From contig NZ_JABEMC010000012.1 in assembly GCF_013004595.1 (NCBI RefSeq), forward strand, positions 1-53,687: a stretch of 53,687 nt of DNA, written 5' to 3'. Of the stretch, positions 27,525 to 37,946 are shown piece after piece. This DNA comes from Brevibacterium luteolum. Lineage in GTDB: Bacteria; Actinomycetota; Actinomycetes; Actinomycetales; Brevibacteriaceae. Under the pieces are notes generated by a model, which did no database searches, was not told the DNA's origin, and worked only from the letters and a program-made list of their open reading frames with translations. Position numbers and translations under genes: made by a program. How positions within the stretch are numbered: position 1 is the stretch's first letter; each line of letters starts with the position of its first letter.

Positions 27525-27707
27525 TCACTCGTTGCCGAGCTTGCCGTCTGCGGCATCCCGGCCCTTGTTGATCTGGTCGTCGAACTTGCCGCCGGAGGCA
27601 TCCGAGGCCTTCTGCGACGCCTGGTCGAGGCCCTTGTCGGCGGCCTGCTCGCCCTTGTCCGAGTTCACCGCGTCCTTCGCCTTGTTGCCGAGGTCTCCGA
27701 GTCCCAT
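27525..27707 (-). CDS. Rv0909/MT0933-like small 'antitoxin' family protein
   Basis: MGLGDLGNKAKD...DKGLDQA...SGGKFDDQINKGRDAADGKLG; AAGGAG RBS. Confidence 0.8.
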   Translation of the reverse strand: MGLGDLGNKAKDAVNSDKGEQAADKGLDQASQKASDASGGKFDDQINKGRDAADGKLGNE

Positions 27708-27863
27708 ATCAAACTCCTTCTCAACATCGCGTCCCGGTCAGGTGACCGGCTGTGCACTCCACCTTTGCAGGTCAGCGTCCGGCTGTAAAGGATCTCGCGC
27801 GAGTGGAAACGCTGTGTTCACGCCGTCTTCACCCAGCCGCCGGTGCCTGGCCGCGGCGGTGGG

Positions 27864-28097
27864 TCAGTGGCCGGGGACGACGAGGCTGAGTCCGGCGAGC
27901 GCACCGGCGAGGATGAGGATGGTGATGACGTCGGCCCGGCGCGGCCGGTTGACCCACATCTCCCCGAGTGGGCCGGGCAGCATCCGCAGGCCCGCCAGCA
28001 GGAACAGGCCGGCGGCCAAGGTCAATCCGCCCAGCCGGAAGCTCAGCAGCGCAGCGGCTGCTGACAGGACGATCCAGATGAGGCTGGCCAGCAGCAC
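27864..28097 (-). CDS. DUF3017-like small membrane protein (start uncertain)
   Basis: Three hydrophobic segments with GLRMLPG...RRADV; located downstream of purH. Confidence 0.6.
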   Translation of the reverse strand: MLLASLIWIVLSAAAALLSFRLGGLTLAAGLFLLAGLRMLPGPLGEMWVNRPRRADVITILILAGALAGLSLVVPGH

Positions 28098-28278
28098 CCA
28101 GTCGCGGCGGGTGGGGTTGGAGTAGCGGCGCTTCCAGTAGATCCAGCGTTTGGAGAACCAGTTGCGTCCGCGCCCGCGTGGCAGGGGCTGGCGCTGATGG
28201 CGCGGGGACTGCTCGGCAGCCGTCGACCCGGCAGCCGGCGGTCGTCCGGCCGGCCGCCGGGACGCAGCGTGTCGGGGT

Positions 28279-29826
28279 TCAGTGGAAGAAATGGCGGGTT
28301 CCCGTGAAGTACATCGTCACTCCGGCCTGCTCGGCGGCTGCGATGACCTCCTCATCGCGGATCGACCCGCCCGGCTGCACGATCGCGGTGACACCGGCGC
28401 GGGTCAGCACTTCGAGACCGTCGGCGAACGGGAAGAACGCGTCCGAGGCGGCCACCGATCCCGCGACTCGGTCGCCTGCGCGCTGGACGGCCAGCTGCGC
28501 GGAGTCGACCCGGTTGACCTGGCCCATGCCGACTCCGACGGAGGCCCCGTCGGCGGCGAGCAGGACCGCATTGGACTTCACCGCCCGGCAGGCCCGCCAC
28601 GCGAAGGCGAGATCGCGCAGCGTCGCCTCGTCGACGGCCCGTCCGGCGGCCAGGGTCCAGTTTGACGGGTCGTCGCCGTCGGCCTGGAAGCTGTCGCGGT
28701 CCTGGATGAGCACCCCGCCGGAGATCTGGCGGAACTCCTGGGCATCGGGCTGCCAGCCACCGAGTTCAAGCAGGCGCAGGTTCTTCTTCGTCCTGAGGAT
28801 CTCCAGCGCCTCGGGGGCGAACGAGGGGGCTGCGAGCACCTCGGTGAAGATCGGCTTGACGGATTCGGCCATCGCGACGGTGACCTCGCGGTTGGCGGCG
28901 ATCACCCCGCCGTAGGCCGAGACCGGATCGCAGGCGTGGGCCTTGCGGTGGGCTTCGGCGATATCAGCCGCAGTGGCGATGCCGCACGGGTTGGCGTGCT
29001 TGATGATCGCCACCGCAGGCGCGTCGAAGTCGTAGGCGGCCCGGATCGCGGCGTCGGTGTCCTGGTAGTTGTTATACGACATCTCCTTGCCGCCGAGCTG
29101 CTGGGCTCCTGCGATGCCGCCGCCTGCCGCGGTCTGGTAGACGGCAGCGGCCTGGTGCGGGTTCTCGCCGTAGCGCAGCCCGTGCTTCTTGACCGCGGTG
29201 ATGCCGAAGAAGTCGCCGGGCTCGTCGCCGTCGGCGAGCTGTCCGGCCAGCCAGCCGGCGACTGCGGCGTCGTAGGAGGCGGTGTGGGCGAAGGCCTCGG
29301 CTGCGAGCCGGCGCCGGGAGGCCAGGTCGAAGCCGCCGGTCTGCGCAGCGGTGACGACGTCGCCGTACCGGGCGGGATCGGTGACGATCGCGACACTCGG
29401 GTGGTTCTTCGCCGCTGCGCGGACCATCGCCGGGCCGCCGATGTCGATCTGCTCCACGCAGGCGTCGAAGTCCGCACCCGAGGCGACGGTGTCGGTGAAT
29501 GGGTAGAGGTTGACGACGACGAGGTCGAAGGCGTCGATGCCAAGCTCGGCCAGCTGTGCGCGATGGTCGTCCTTGCGGGAATCGGCGAGGATCCCGGCGT
29601 GCACCTTCGGGTGCAGGGTCTTGACGCGGCCTTCGAGGCATTCGGGGAAGCCGGTGACGTCCTCGACCGGGGTGACGTCGATTCCCGCCGCAGCGATCTG
29701 CTTGGCCGTCGAGCCGGTCGAGACGATCGACACCCCGGCCTCGGCGAGCCCGCGGGCCAGGTCGGTCAGGCCGGTCTTGTCGTAGACGCTGATGAGTGCG
29801 CGGCGGATCGGACGGTGAGCTTCCAC
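28279..29826 (-). CDS. purH: Bifunctional AICAR formyltransferase/IMP cyclohydrolase
   Basis: [52 protein letters not shown]. Confidence 0.99.
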   Translation of the reverse strand: MEAHRPIRRALISVYDKTGLTDLARGLAEAGVSIVSTGSTAKQIAAAGIDVTPVEDVTGFPECLEGRVKTLHPKVHAGILADSRKDDHRAQLAELGIDAFDLVVVNLYPFTDTVASGADFDACVEQIDIGGPAMVRAAAKNHPSVAIVTDPARYGDVVTAAQTGGFDLASRRRLAAEAFAHTASYDAAVAGWLAGQLADGDEPGDFFGITAVKKHGLRYGENPHQAAAVYQTAAGGGIAGAQQLGGKEMSYNNYQDTDAAIRAAYDFDAPAVAIIKHANPCGIATAADIAEAHRKAHACDPVSAYGGVIAANREVTVAMAESVKPIFTEVLAAPSFAPEALEILRTKKNLRLLELGGWQPDAQEFRQISGGVLIQDRDSFQADGDDPSNWTLAAGRAVDEATLRDLAFAWRACRAVKSNAVLLAADGASVGVGMGQVNRVDSAQLAVQRAGDRVAGSVAASDAFFPFADGLEVLTRAGVTAIVQPGGSIRDEEVIAAAEQAGVTMYFTGTRHFFH

Positions 29827-29850
29827 AGCAGGCTCCTTCGGACGGAATGG

Positions 29851-29891
29851 GCGGAGGCGGACAGGTGATGACGGAGTCGGACAGGTGATGA
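29851..29891. repeat. Imperfect 20-bp tandem repeat in the purN-purH spacer
   Basis: GCGGAGGCGGACAGGTGATG / ACGGAGTCGGACAGGTGATG. Confidence 0.8.
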
Positions 29892-29904
29892 GAGGTGAGC
29901 TGGT

Positions 29905-30540
29905 TCAGTCGATGCTATCGCGGCCGGAGAATCCGGTGACGCGGCGGCCTGCCACGTGCAGATCCCCGCTGGCCAGGTGTGTGAGGACGTCGACGAGCAG
30001 GCCGCGCTCGACCTGCCGGATGCGCTCATGCAGGGTGTCCTCGGTGTCATCGGCTTCGACGAGGACCGGCTGCTGGGCGATGATCGGGCCGGTGTCGACA
30101 CCTTCATCGACGAGGTGGATCGTCGAGCCGGTGACCTTGACGCCGTAGGCGAGCGCATCGCGGACTCCGTGCGCACCGGGGAAGGACGGCAGCAGGGCCG
30201 GGTGCGTGTTGATGATGCGCTGCGGGAAGCGCGAGATGAAATCGGGCCCGAGGATGCGCATGAACCCAGCCGAGACGACCCAGTCGGGCTGATAGCCGGC
30301 CACTGCCTCGGCCAGTGCCCGGTTCCATTCGTCGCGGGAGGCGAAGTCGCGCGGGGCGACGACGAAGGTGTCGAGACCGGCACCTCGGGCACGGTCGAGG
30401 ACCGGGGCGTCGGGCCGATCGGAGCCGACCGCAGCGAGCGTGACATCGGCGGCGGGTGCGGCGGTGGTGAAGGCGTCGATGACAGCCTGGGTCAGGGACC
30501 CGGATCCGGAGGCGAGGGTTACGAGGCGCACGGCTGTCAT
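29905..30540 (-). CDS. purN: Phosphoribosylglycinamide formyltransferase
   Basis: LASGSGS, AGFMRIL, INTHPALLPSFPG, VDEGVDTGPII. Confidence 0.98.
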   Translation of the reverse strand: MTAVRLVTLASGSGSLTQAVIDAFTTAAPAADVTLAAVGSDRPDAPVLDRARGAGLDTFVVAPRDFASRDEWNRALAEAVAGYQPDWVVSAGFMRILGPDFISRFPQRIINTHPALLPSFPGAHGVRDALAYGVKVTGSTIHLVDEGVDTGPIIAQQPVLVEADDTEDTLHERIRQVERGLLVDVLTHLASGDLHVAGRRVTGFSGRDSID

Positions 30541-30559
30541 TGTATGTCAGACTGTTGCG

Positions 30560-31012
30560 GTGAGTCCGATCGAGCACAAGCCCAGCCAGAACGACCAGCG
30601 ACCCTCTGCCGAGAAGCCCAGCGGCGATGAGGAGCTGGTGATGAAGCGCAACCGTGAGGGAATGATCTTCACGCTGCTGCTCGGCGCTGCGCTGCTGGCC
30701 GCGCTGTATCCGCTGCCGGCGAAGCTGTTCTCCGGCGTCTTCGCGATCGCTGCCCTCGTGTGGGCGGTGCGCTACTTCATCGCCGGGGTGCGCTCGAAGC
30801 AGGCCGGCGGCTGGATCGTCATGGGTGTGCTCGGGGCGCTGGCGGCCGGCTGGATGATCCTGCAGGCGATCGGCATGGCGGTGCTGTACCCGCAGCAGAA
30901 GGCCTACGAGGACTGTGTCGCCTCCGCGCTGACGGAGCAGGCCGCAGTCGAATGCCAGACCGAGCACCGCTCGCAGCTGACGAAGATGCTCGAGGACCTC
31001 GGCGCCGGCTGA
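30560..31012 (+). CDS. Hypothetical membrane protein
   Basis: Three TM segments then YEDC...A.T..A...C; GTG start inferred. Confidence 0.7.
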   Translation: MSPIEHKPSQNDQRPSAEKPSGDEELVMKRNREGMIFTLLLGAALLAALYPLPAKLFSGVFAIAALVWAVRYFIAGVRSKQAGGWIVMGVLGALAAGWMILQAIGMAVLYPQQKAYEDCVASALTEQAAVECQTEHRSQLTKMLEDLGAG

Positions 31013-31063
31013 TCAGTGACCGCTGCTGAGTCTGCCTGCCCTGTCTGTTCCCCTATCGGCGGG

Positions 31064-31098
31064 TCAGTCCTGCGGTTGCGGTCTCAGTCCTGCGGTTG
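31064..31098. repeat. 15-bp direct repeat duplicating the 3' end of the PerM-like gene
   Basis: TCAGTCCTGCGGTTG at 31064-31078 and 31084-31098. Confidence 0.85.
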
Positions 31099-32295
31099 TG
31101 CCCGGCGGGCGGCGAGGATGAGTCCGTAGCCGGCCCACAGGCCGGCGATGACGAGCCCGCCGGTGATGAGCGGGAACATGAGTGCCGGCACCCCGAAGAC
31201 CTCCAGGCCGCCGGGCCCGAGCCCGCCGGTGGAGAACAGTCCCCACATCCACATGAGCACGAGCAGCTGGGCTGAGGCGACGGTCATGACCGGCAGGTCG
31301 ACGTGCTGCCAGCTGCGGCGCAGCGTCACGAGCAGCACCCCGACGATGAAGAGCAGTGCCGGTGCCGCGGCCAGGAAGGCTGGCGGGTTCTCCGGGATGA
31401 TCGCCAGCAGCGGCACAGCCGGGCGCGGGCCGTCGGCTGCGGAGAAGGCCGAGGCGGTCTCGGCTGCCGACAGGTGCACGCCCGCACCGCTGAGCCAAGC
31501 AAGTGCGACGGCGAGGATCCCCGGCAGGTAGAGCAGCTGCACCACTGACAGGCCGATCGCGGCCACGAGCGGGGCACTGTAGAGGTCGACGACGGCGCTG
31601 ACCTTCTCGAACTCGATGGCGAGCCCGGCAGCGACGGCGAGTGCGGCGAGGACGGCCAGCCACCAGCCGGCGCGCACGCACACCCGGTGGGCATCTTCCA
31701 GTGCTCCGGTCCACTGTTCACCGAGTCTGGCTGACAGACGTGAGTCCGCTGCAGCCGCCTGCGGGTACAGGCCGGCACCGAACACAATCGCGGTGCCGAC
31801 GAGGAGGCCGACACGGGTGAAGCCGATGAGGCTCGGGGTCGCCGCCCCGAGGGCGAAGCCGAACCCGACGGTGATGAGCACAAACGCCCCGGCGATCGAC
31901 AGATAGGCGCTCGTGCGCGGGGCCCGGTGGGCGGTGAGCTGGCCGGCGCGCTGCAGGCGCGCATTGGCCTCCAGTGCGGTGGCGGTGCGGGAGGCCGCAT
32001 TGCGCAGCAGCAGCCACACAATGAGGCACAGCAGACTGGGTGGGAAGCTCATGAGCGCCTCACCGGGTCTGACGCTCAGCCCGGTTGCTGCGGCCAGGCC
32101 GGTGAACGCCCAGCCGGGGATCGCCGCGAGCGGGCGCTGTTCTGCGATGCCGATGAACCAGGCGATCGAGGCGAGCACGAACGCGATCGTGACGAGCACG
32201 AGGAGGATCCGCACGGTTTCGAGCGCGCCGATGACCGCTGGGTGGCGCCCGAGATGCCGGGACCCGCGGCCGCTGCTGTCAGGTGGGGAACTCAC
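31084..32295 (-). CDS. DUF6350/PerM-like polytopic membrane protein
   Basis: About 10 TM segments; QLLYLP...WLSGAG, PAVPLLAIIP, GGLGPGGL..FG; next to purN as in other actinobacteria. Confidence 0.75.
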   Translation of the reverse strand: MSSPPDSSGRGSRHLGRHPAVIGALETVRILLVLVTIAFVLASIAWFIGIAEQRPLAAIPGWAFTGLAAATGLSVRPGEALMSFPPSLLCLIVWLLLRNAASRTATALEANARLQRAGQLTAHRAPRTSAYLSIAGAFVLITVGFGFALGAATPSLIGFTRVGLLVGTAIVFGAGLYPQAAAADSRLSARLGEQWTGALEDAHRVCVRAGWWLAVLAALAVAAGLAIEFEKVSAVVDLYSAPLVAAIGLSVVQLLYLPGILAVALAWLSGAGVHLSAAETASAFSAADGPRPAVPLLAIIPENPPAFLAAAPALLFIVGVLLVTLRRSWQHVDLPVMTVASAQLLVLMWMWGLFSTGGLGPGGLEVFGVPALMFPLITGGLVIAGLWAGYGLILAARRAQPQD

Positions 32296-32456
32296 TCCCC
32301 CTATGGTGCCCGACGTGACCACCGGGCACGGAATACCGACACACCGGGTGTTGCGACTAAAGTGGTACCGTGAGCCACTCTCGCGGTGACCGTCGGCGCT
32401 GAGCGCCGGGCGCGTCATCGCCGTCCACCAGCGCTGAAGACAAGGTTGCAAAGCTT

Positions 32457-33761
32457 ATGAACTCCGGCCCTACTCCCCCGCCGATGCCCCCACAGCCGCC
32501 GCACGGACCCGGCGGCTCGTCTGGCGCTTCCGGCCCCTACTCAGGTGGACCGCAGGGACCCTACTCAGGTGGACCCCAGGACTCAGGCCCGACCTACAGT
32601 GCCGCACCGATCGGCTCGAACCCCGCTGGTGGGGCGAGCGCCGCCTCGGGCCCGGCAGGCGGCAGCGTCCCGCAGCCGGCCCCCGCCCCCGGCTACGCAC
32701 CCGGACCGGGTGGCCCGGACCAGACGCGCGGCAGGCAGCAGAAGAAGAAGTCGAAGCTGCCGCTGTTCCTGTCTCTGGGCGCCGTTGCGCTTGTGCTCAT
32801 CCTCGTGCTCGTCGGCTTCTTCGTCGTGCGCAGCGTCAACAACAACAAGTACGGACCCGACACTGTCGCCGAGGAGTACCTCGCCGCCCTGGAGTCCGGC
32901 AACATGGACAAGGCCAACGAGATCACCAAGGCGACCGCCCCGGACGGTGCCAGCGAGAAGCTGCTCGTCCAGCCGATCGTCGACGGCTCCCAGGACAAGA
33001 TCACCGACACGAAGGTCGTCGAGACGACCCGCAACGGCGATTCGGCGAAGATCCACACCCAGTACTCGCTCGGCGGGCAGCCCTACGACCTCGTGCTCAC
33101 GGCGACGAAGGACGGCCGGCAGGGCATGTTCTTCGACAAGTGGAAGCTCGAACCGCCGGTGCTGCCGACGATCGCTCTTGAAATCCCGCCGATCGGCGGT
33201 TCGACGATCAACGGCCAGGAATTCACCCCTGAGGCCGGCCGGGTCGAGTACGCCGTGTGGCCGGGCCGCTACGACGTCACGACCCCGGAGAGCAAGTACA
33301 TCACCCCCGCTGAGGGCAACGCGACCGTCGGCTTCGCCGATGAGGAGGCCCCGCAGGCGGCGACCGTCAAGCTCTCCGTCGAGGCCACCGATGCCTTCGA
33401 CACCGACGTCAAGAAGCTCGTCGAGGACAAGGTCAAGGAGTGTGCCAAAGAGAAGAAGACCTCCGTCGACGGCTGCCCGATGGTCAACATCAGCTGGAAT
33501 GACGACAAGGGCAAGGAAGCCGCCGACAAGGTCAACGAGAAGACCATCGAGCGCACGATCGACAAGATGCCCTCGATCCGCACGATGCTCAGCCCTGATG
33601 GTTCCGGCGGTTCCTTCTACACCGAGTCCGACAAGGTCGGGAAGATGACGATGAAGGCCAAGTCGAAGGACGGCAAGTACCGCTGGGACGGCACCGTCGA
33701 CTTCGAGACCAACGGCTCGGTCAAGATGGACGGCGATAAGCTCAGCGTCGACTTCTACTGA
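32457..33761 (+). CDS. Membrane-anchored protein: Pro/Gly-rich N-terminus, one TM, large extracytoplasmic domain
   Basis: KKKSK followed by a hydrophobic helix; GPDTVAEEYLAAL; paired Cys (ECAK...GCP); strongly biased codon use. Confidence 0.85.
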   Translation: MNSGPTPPPMPPQPPHGPGGSSGASGPYSGGPQGPYSGGPQDSGPTYSAAPIGSNPAGGASAASGPAGGSVPQPAPAPGYAPGPGGPDQTRGRQQKKKSKLPLFLSLGAVALVLILVLVGFFVVRSVNNNKYGPDTVAEEYLAALESGNMDKANEITKATAPDGASEKLLVQPIVDGSQDKITDTKVVETTRNGDSAKIHTQYSLGGQPYDLVLTATKDGRQGMFFDKWKLEPPVLPTIALEIPPIGGSTINGQEFTPEAGRVEYAVWPGRYDVTTPESKYITPAEGNATVGFADEEAPQAATVKLSVEATDAFDTDVKKLVEDKVKECAKEKKTSVDGCPMVNISWNDDKGKEAADKVNEKTIERTIDKMPSIRTMLSPDGSGGSFYTESDKVGKMTMKAKSKDGKYRWDGTVDFETNGSVKMDGDKLSVDFY

Positions 33762-33778
33762 GCTGACTCCCTTCAACA

Positions 33779-33820
33779 GCTGACCTGACCTGCGTCTTCG
33801 CCGGTCAGGTCAGCCTTTTC
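33779..33820 (+). terminator. Intrinsic terminator
   Basis: GCTGACCTGACC...GGTCAGGTCAGC followed by CTTTT. Confidence 0.8.
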
Positions 33821-33865
33821 ATGCCCCCGGTGGCCGGCGCCGAGGCGGTGGTACAGTCGTGGACT

Positions 33866-34828
33866 GTGAGTGCAGACACGTACCCGGCCGGTCAGGCGAG
33901 CGATGAAGCGCCGGTCATCTCCGCCTCGGGCCTGGCGAAGTCCTATGGCGACTTCGCCGCCGTCGACGGCATCGACTTCGCCGTCACGCCCGGTGAGAGC
34001 TTCGGGCTGCTCGGCCCGAATGGGGCTGGGAAGTCGACGACGATGCGGATGATCGGCGCGACCCTGCCGCGCACCGGCGGGCAGCTGAGCGTCCTCGGCC
34101 TCGACCCCAACGTCGACGGCCCGCAGATCCGCGCCCGGCTCGGTGTCGTCCCGCAGCAGGACAACCTCGATGAGGAGCTCTCGGTCTTCGACAACCTCGT
34201 CTTCTACGCCCGCTACTTCGGGTTCTCCCGCGCCTATGCCAAGGCGAAGGCCGATGAGCTGCTCGACTTCGCCAATCTGCGTGAGAAGCGCAGCGCCCGT
34301 GTCGATGAGCTCTCCGGCGGCATGAAGCGCCGGCTGACGATCGCCCGGTCGCTGGTCAACGATCCCAGCCTGCTCATGCTCGACGAGCCGACGACCGGCC
34401 TCGACCCGCAGGCCCGGCACATCCTGTGGGACCGGCTCTACCGGCTCAAACAGCAGGGGGTCACGCTCGTGCTCACGACCCATTACATGGATGAGGCCGA
34501 GCAGCTGTGCGACCGGCTCATCGTCGTCGACCACGGCCGGGTCATGGCCGAGGGCGCACCGAGTGAGCTCATCCGGCAGTATTCGACCCGCGAGGTCCTC
34601 GAGCTGCGTTTCGGCATCGACCGCAACGAGGAGCAGGCCCCAGCGCTCGAACGGTACTGCGAGCGCATCGAGGTGCTGCCCGACCGGCTGCTGCTCTACA
34701 GCGGCGACGGCGACAGTGCACTGGCCGCGATCCGGGAGGCCGGCTTCACCCCGCTGACCGCGCTCGTTCGCCGCTCGAGCCTCGAAGACGTGTTCCTCAG
34801 GCTCACCGGACGGAGCCTCATCGAATGA
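33866..34828 (+). CDS. ABC exporter ATP-binding subunit (NodI/DrrA-like)
   Basis: GPNGAGKST, LSGGMKRR, LDEPTTGLDP, TTHYMDEA. Confidence 0.95.
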   Translation: MSADTYPAGQASDEAPVISASGLAKSYGDFAAVDGIDFAVTPGESFGLLGPNGAGKSTTMRMIGATLPRTGGQLSVLGLDPNVDGPQIRARLGVVPQQDNLDEELSVFDNLVFYARYFGFSRAYAKAKADELLDFANLREKRSARVDELSGGMKRRLTIARSLVNDPSLLMLDEPTTGLDPQARHILWDRLYRLKQQGVTLVLTTHYMDEAEQLCDRLIVVDHGRVMAEGAPSELIRQYSTREVLELRFGIDRNEEQAPALERYCERIEVLPDRLLLYSGDGDSALAAIREAGFTPLTALVRRSSLEDVFLRLTGRSLIE

Positions 34829-35664
34829 GCACCGACATCGAAGCACCCGGCACGCATGCCGACCAGCACCGTGCGGTGCGCCGGGCCGGTCCGTGGCTGG
34901 TGGCCGAGAAACAGCTGCTGTTCTCCCTGCGGTTCATCAAGACGACCCTGGCCGTCACCGTGCTCACCCCGGTGTTCTACATCTTCTCTCTCGGCCTGGG
35001 TCTGGGCACCGTCGTCGACTCCGCCCAGCCTGAGGGTGTCGGCGGTGTGCCGTATCTGCTGTTCGTGGCCCCGGCGATGCTCGCGACAGCGGCGATGATG
35101 TTCGCCGTCGAGGAATCCACCTATCCGGTCATGGCCGGGTTCCGGTGGAACCGGGGCTACTGGGCGGCAGCGGCCACCACGCTGACCCCAGCGCAGATCG
35201 CGCTCGGTGCAGCGCTGGCAACGATCATCCGGGTCGCTGCGATTACGACGATCTACTTCCTCATCATCACCCTCGTCTTCAACGCCGTGCCGAACCCGGC
35301 CACCGGCTGGCTCATGATCCCCTTAACAGCCCTGGGCGGGACCGCGCTCGGCTTCCCTGTCATGGCTTTCACCGCCACCCTCAAGCGCGACTCCGGTCAG
35401 TTCGCACTCATCCAGCGTGTCGTCGTCATGCCGCTCATGCTGTTCTCCGGCACGTTCTTCCCGCTGGCGAACCTGCCGCTGTCCGTGCAGTGGATCGGCT
35501 GGTTGTCCCCGCTGTGGCACACGACCGAACTCGGCCGGCTGCTGGCCTACCACCAGCCGATGTCCGGGCTCATGATCGCTGTGCACCTCGCCTGCATCAT
35601 CATCCCCAGTGCCGCCGGCCTGCTCATCGCGATGCGCCTGTTCGCCCGGAGGCTGACGTCATGA
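34825..35664 (+). CDS. ABC-2 type permease
   Basis: YLLFVAPAML, LFSGTFFP, PLWH; ATGA overlap. Confidence 0.92.
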   Translation: MSTDIEAPGTHADQHRAVRRAGPWLVAEKQLLFSLRFIKTTLAVTVLTPVFYIFSLGLGLGTVVDSAQPEGVGGVPYLLFVAPAMLATAAMMFAVEESTYPVMAGFRWNRGYWAAAATTLTPAQIALGAALATIIRVAAITTIYFLIITLVFNAVPNPATGWLMIPLTALGGTALGFPVMAFTATLKRDSGQFALIQRVVVMPLMLFSGTFFPLANLPLSVQWIGWLSPLWHTTELGRLLAYHQPMSGLMIAVHLACIIIPSAAGLLIAMRLFARRLTS

Positions 35665-36533
35665 CGCAGCACAGCCCGCACACGCACACCCCGCCAGCCG
35701 GCCGCGCGCAACCCGGCAGCACCGCCTCGGCGCTGGCCACCCCGCGCCCGGGCCGGGTGCGGGCGTTCTACGCCGGCAACGCCCGGGCTGTCGTCGCCCG
35801 CGGCATGCAGGTCTTCCGGCACAACAACTTCATCCTCGTCGCCTCCGGTGTGCTCGAGCCGATCCTCTACCTGCTGGCGATGGGCCTCGGGCTCGGCTCG
35901 CTCATCGGCAGCGTCGAATACGGCGGCCAGACGATCTCCTATGCCGCCTACATCGCCCCGGCTTTGCTGGCCGCCTCGGCGATGAACGGCGCGGTGATGG
36001 ACTCGACGGTCAACGTGTTCTTCCGGCTCAAACACGGCCGCCTCTACGAGGCGATGCTCACCACCTCGCTCGGGCCCCTCGATGTGGCTCTCGGCGAGAT
36101 CATCATGGCGGTCTTCCGCGGGTTCCTCTACGCCTGCGGATTCGTCACCGTCATGTTCTTCCTCGGCCTGCTCGACTTTCCGTTCTCGCTCACCGCGCTC
36201 GGCGTCGCGATGCTCATGGCCTTCGCGTTCGCCGCGATCGGCATGGGGATCACGAGCTTCTTCTCCGGGTGGTATCAGCTCGACTGGATCTTCGTCATCC
36301 TCCAGCCGCTGTTCCTGTTCTCCGCGACCTTCTACCCCATCGAGGTCTACCCGGCCGCCGTCCAGTGGGTCGTCCAGGCGCTGCCGCTGTGGCACGGCGT
36401 CGAGCTCATGCGCCTGGCGATCCTCGGGGCTGCGACCAGCCCGGCCTGGATCCACATCGTCTACTTCGCCGGCATGATCGTCATCGGCCTGGCGCTGACC
36501 TCGACCCGACTGCAGAAGCTGTTCCTGCGCTGA
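35661..36533 (+). CDS. ABC-2 type permease
   Basis: EPILYL, YIAPALLA, LFSATFYP, PLWHGV; ATGA overlap. Confidence 0.92.
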   Translation: MTQHSPHTHTPPAGRAQPGSTASALATPRPGRVRAFYAGNARAVVARGMQVFRHNNFILVASGVLEPILYLLAMGLGLGSLIGSVEYGGQTISYAAYIAPALLAASAMNGAVMDSTVNVFFRLKHGRLYEAMLTTSLGPLDVALGEIIMAVFRGFLYACGFVTVMFFLGLLDFPFSLTALGVAMLMAFAFAAIGMGITSFFSGWYQLDWIFVILQPLFLFSATFYPIEVYPAAVQWVVQALPLWHGVELMRLAILGAATSPAWIHIVYFAGMIVIGLALTSTRLQKLFLR

Positions 36534-36537
36534 GTCG

Positions 36538-37929
36538 TCAGCCCACCGTGCGCGAGGCGGTGGGCACCTGGAGTGCGGATTCGAACCATTCGGAGAGCGT
36601 CAGCACTCCGCGGTCGTCGAACCGGCGGCCGGCGACCTGCAGCCCGATCGTCCGGCCGTCAGCCGTGTAGCCGGCCGGGACGGAGGAGGCGGGCTGTTCG
36701 GACATGTTGTAGGGCACGGTGAAGGAGATGTGCTGCATCGGCTGGGTGGCGTCGTTGAACGGCATCGGCCAGTCCGCCGGGAATGCGGCCATCGGTGCGA
36801 CTGGTGAGAGCACGAAATCATAGCCGGCTGTCGCTTCGACGGTGCGCCGGCGCATCTCCTGGATCGAGTGGTAGCAGCGCAGCAGCTCGGTCGCCGAGAT
36901 ATCGGCACCTGCCCAGCACCACTGGGCGACATAGGGAAGGATCTCACGGCGGTCGGCATCGTCGAGGGCCTTGAAGTCTGCCCAGGAGCGCACCCGCCAG
37001 AACCGATCGATATCGACGAGCAGGTCTTGGTCCATGAACGGTTGGATCCGCTCGACCGTGGCACCGGCGCTCTCGAGGACCGCAGCGGCGGCATCGACGG
37101 CGGCGGCCACCTCGGGATCGGTGTTACTGCCGCAGCCGGCATCGGTGTGCACGGCTACGCGCAGCCGGCTGATGTCGAATTCCTCGTCCCGGTAGCCGAC
37201 GTCGGTGGCTGGCAGCTGGGAGTAGTCGCGGTCATCGGGCCGGCCGATGACCTCCATCGCGTCGATGACATCGCTCATCCGGCGGGCCAGGGGGCCTGCG
37301 CATCGGCCGAGGTAGGGCGCTGAGAGCGGTACTCGCCCGAAGCTCGGCTTGAGGGTGGCCAGTCCCAGCCAGGTGCCCGGCAGGCGGATCGACCCGCCGA
37401 TGTCTGACCCGATGTGGATCGGCCCGTATCCGGCAGCGGCAGCCGCACCGGCGCCGGAAGACGACCCACCGGTGGTGAGCTCGGGGTTCAGCGGTGAGCG
37501 GGTGATGCCGTGGCGGGAGGAGACGCCGGAGGAGAGCATCCCCCAGTCGGGCATGACGGTCGAGGCAAAGAGCACCGCACCGGCCTCCAGCAGCCGGTCG
37601 GTGATCGGGGCGTTGGCCTCAGCGACAGTCGGTTCGCCGGCATTGTGGCCGCCGGGCATTCCGACGCCGGCCCAGGCGATGTTCTCCTTGACCGTCACCG
37701 GCACCCCGTCGAGGTCCGAGATCGGCTCGCCAGCCTGCCAGCGGGTCGCTGATGCCTCGGCGGCCTGCCGCGCTGCGTCGAAGTCGGTGTGCCACAGTGC
37801 GTTGATCGTCGGCTCGCAGGCCTCGACGCGTGCTTTCACCGCGTCGAGCACCGCGACCGGGTCGGTGCTGCCGTCTGCGTAGGCGGCGCGCAGTTCGGCA
37901 GCGCTGGCGTCGGCGAGGGTGGTGTCCAT
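36538..37929 (-). CDS. Amidase-signature family amidase
   Basis: GVPVTVKE, GGSSSG, GSDIGGSIRLP. Confidence 0.93.
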   Translation of the reverse strand: MDTTLADASAAELRAAYADGSTDPVAVLDAVKARVEACEPTINALWHTDFDAARQAAEASATRWQAGEPISDLDGVPVTVKENIAWAGVGMPGGHNAGEPTVAEANAPITDRLLEAGAVLFASTVMPDWGMLSSGVSSRHGITRSPLNPELTTGGSSSGAGAAAAAGYGPIHIGSDIGGSIRLPGTWLGLATLKPSFGRVPLSAPYLGRCAGPLARRMSDVIDAMEVIGRPDDRDYSQLPATDVGYRDEEFDISRLRVAVHTDAGCGSNTDPEVAAAVDAAAAVLESAGATVERIQPFMDQDLLVDIDRFWRVRSWADFKALDDADRREILPYVAQWCWAGADISATELLRCYHSIQEMRRRTVEATAGYDFVLSPVAPMAAFPADWPMPFNDATQPMQHISFTVPYNMSEQPASSVPAGYTADGRTIGLQVAGRRFDDRGVLTLSEWFESALQVPTASRTVG

Positions 37930-37946
37930 GGCGGTCCTTCCTTCTC

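Noticed and set aside
29827..30560. ZMP/ZTP or purine riboswitch upstream of purN or purH
   Set aside because: The spacers are too short (19 bp and 78 bp) and lack a recognisable aptamer.
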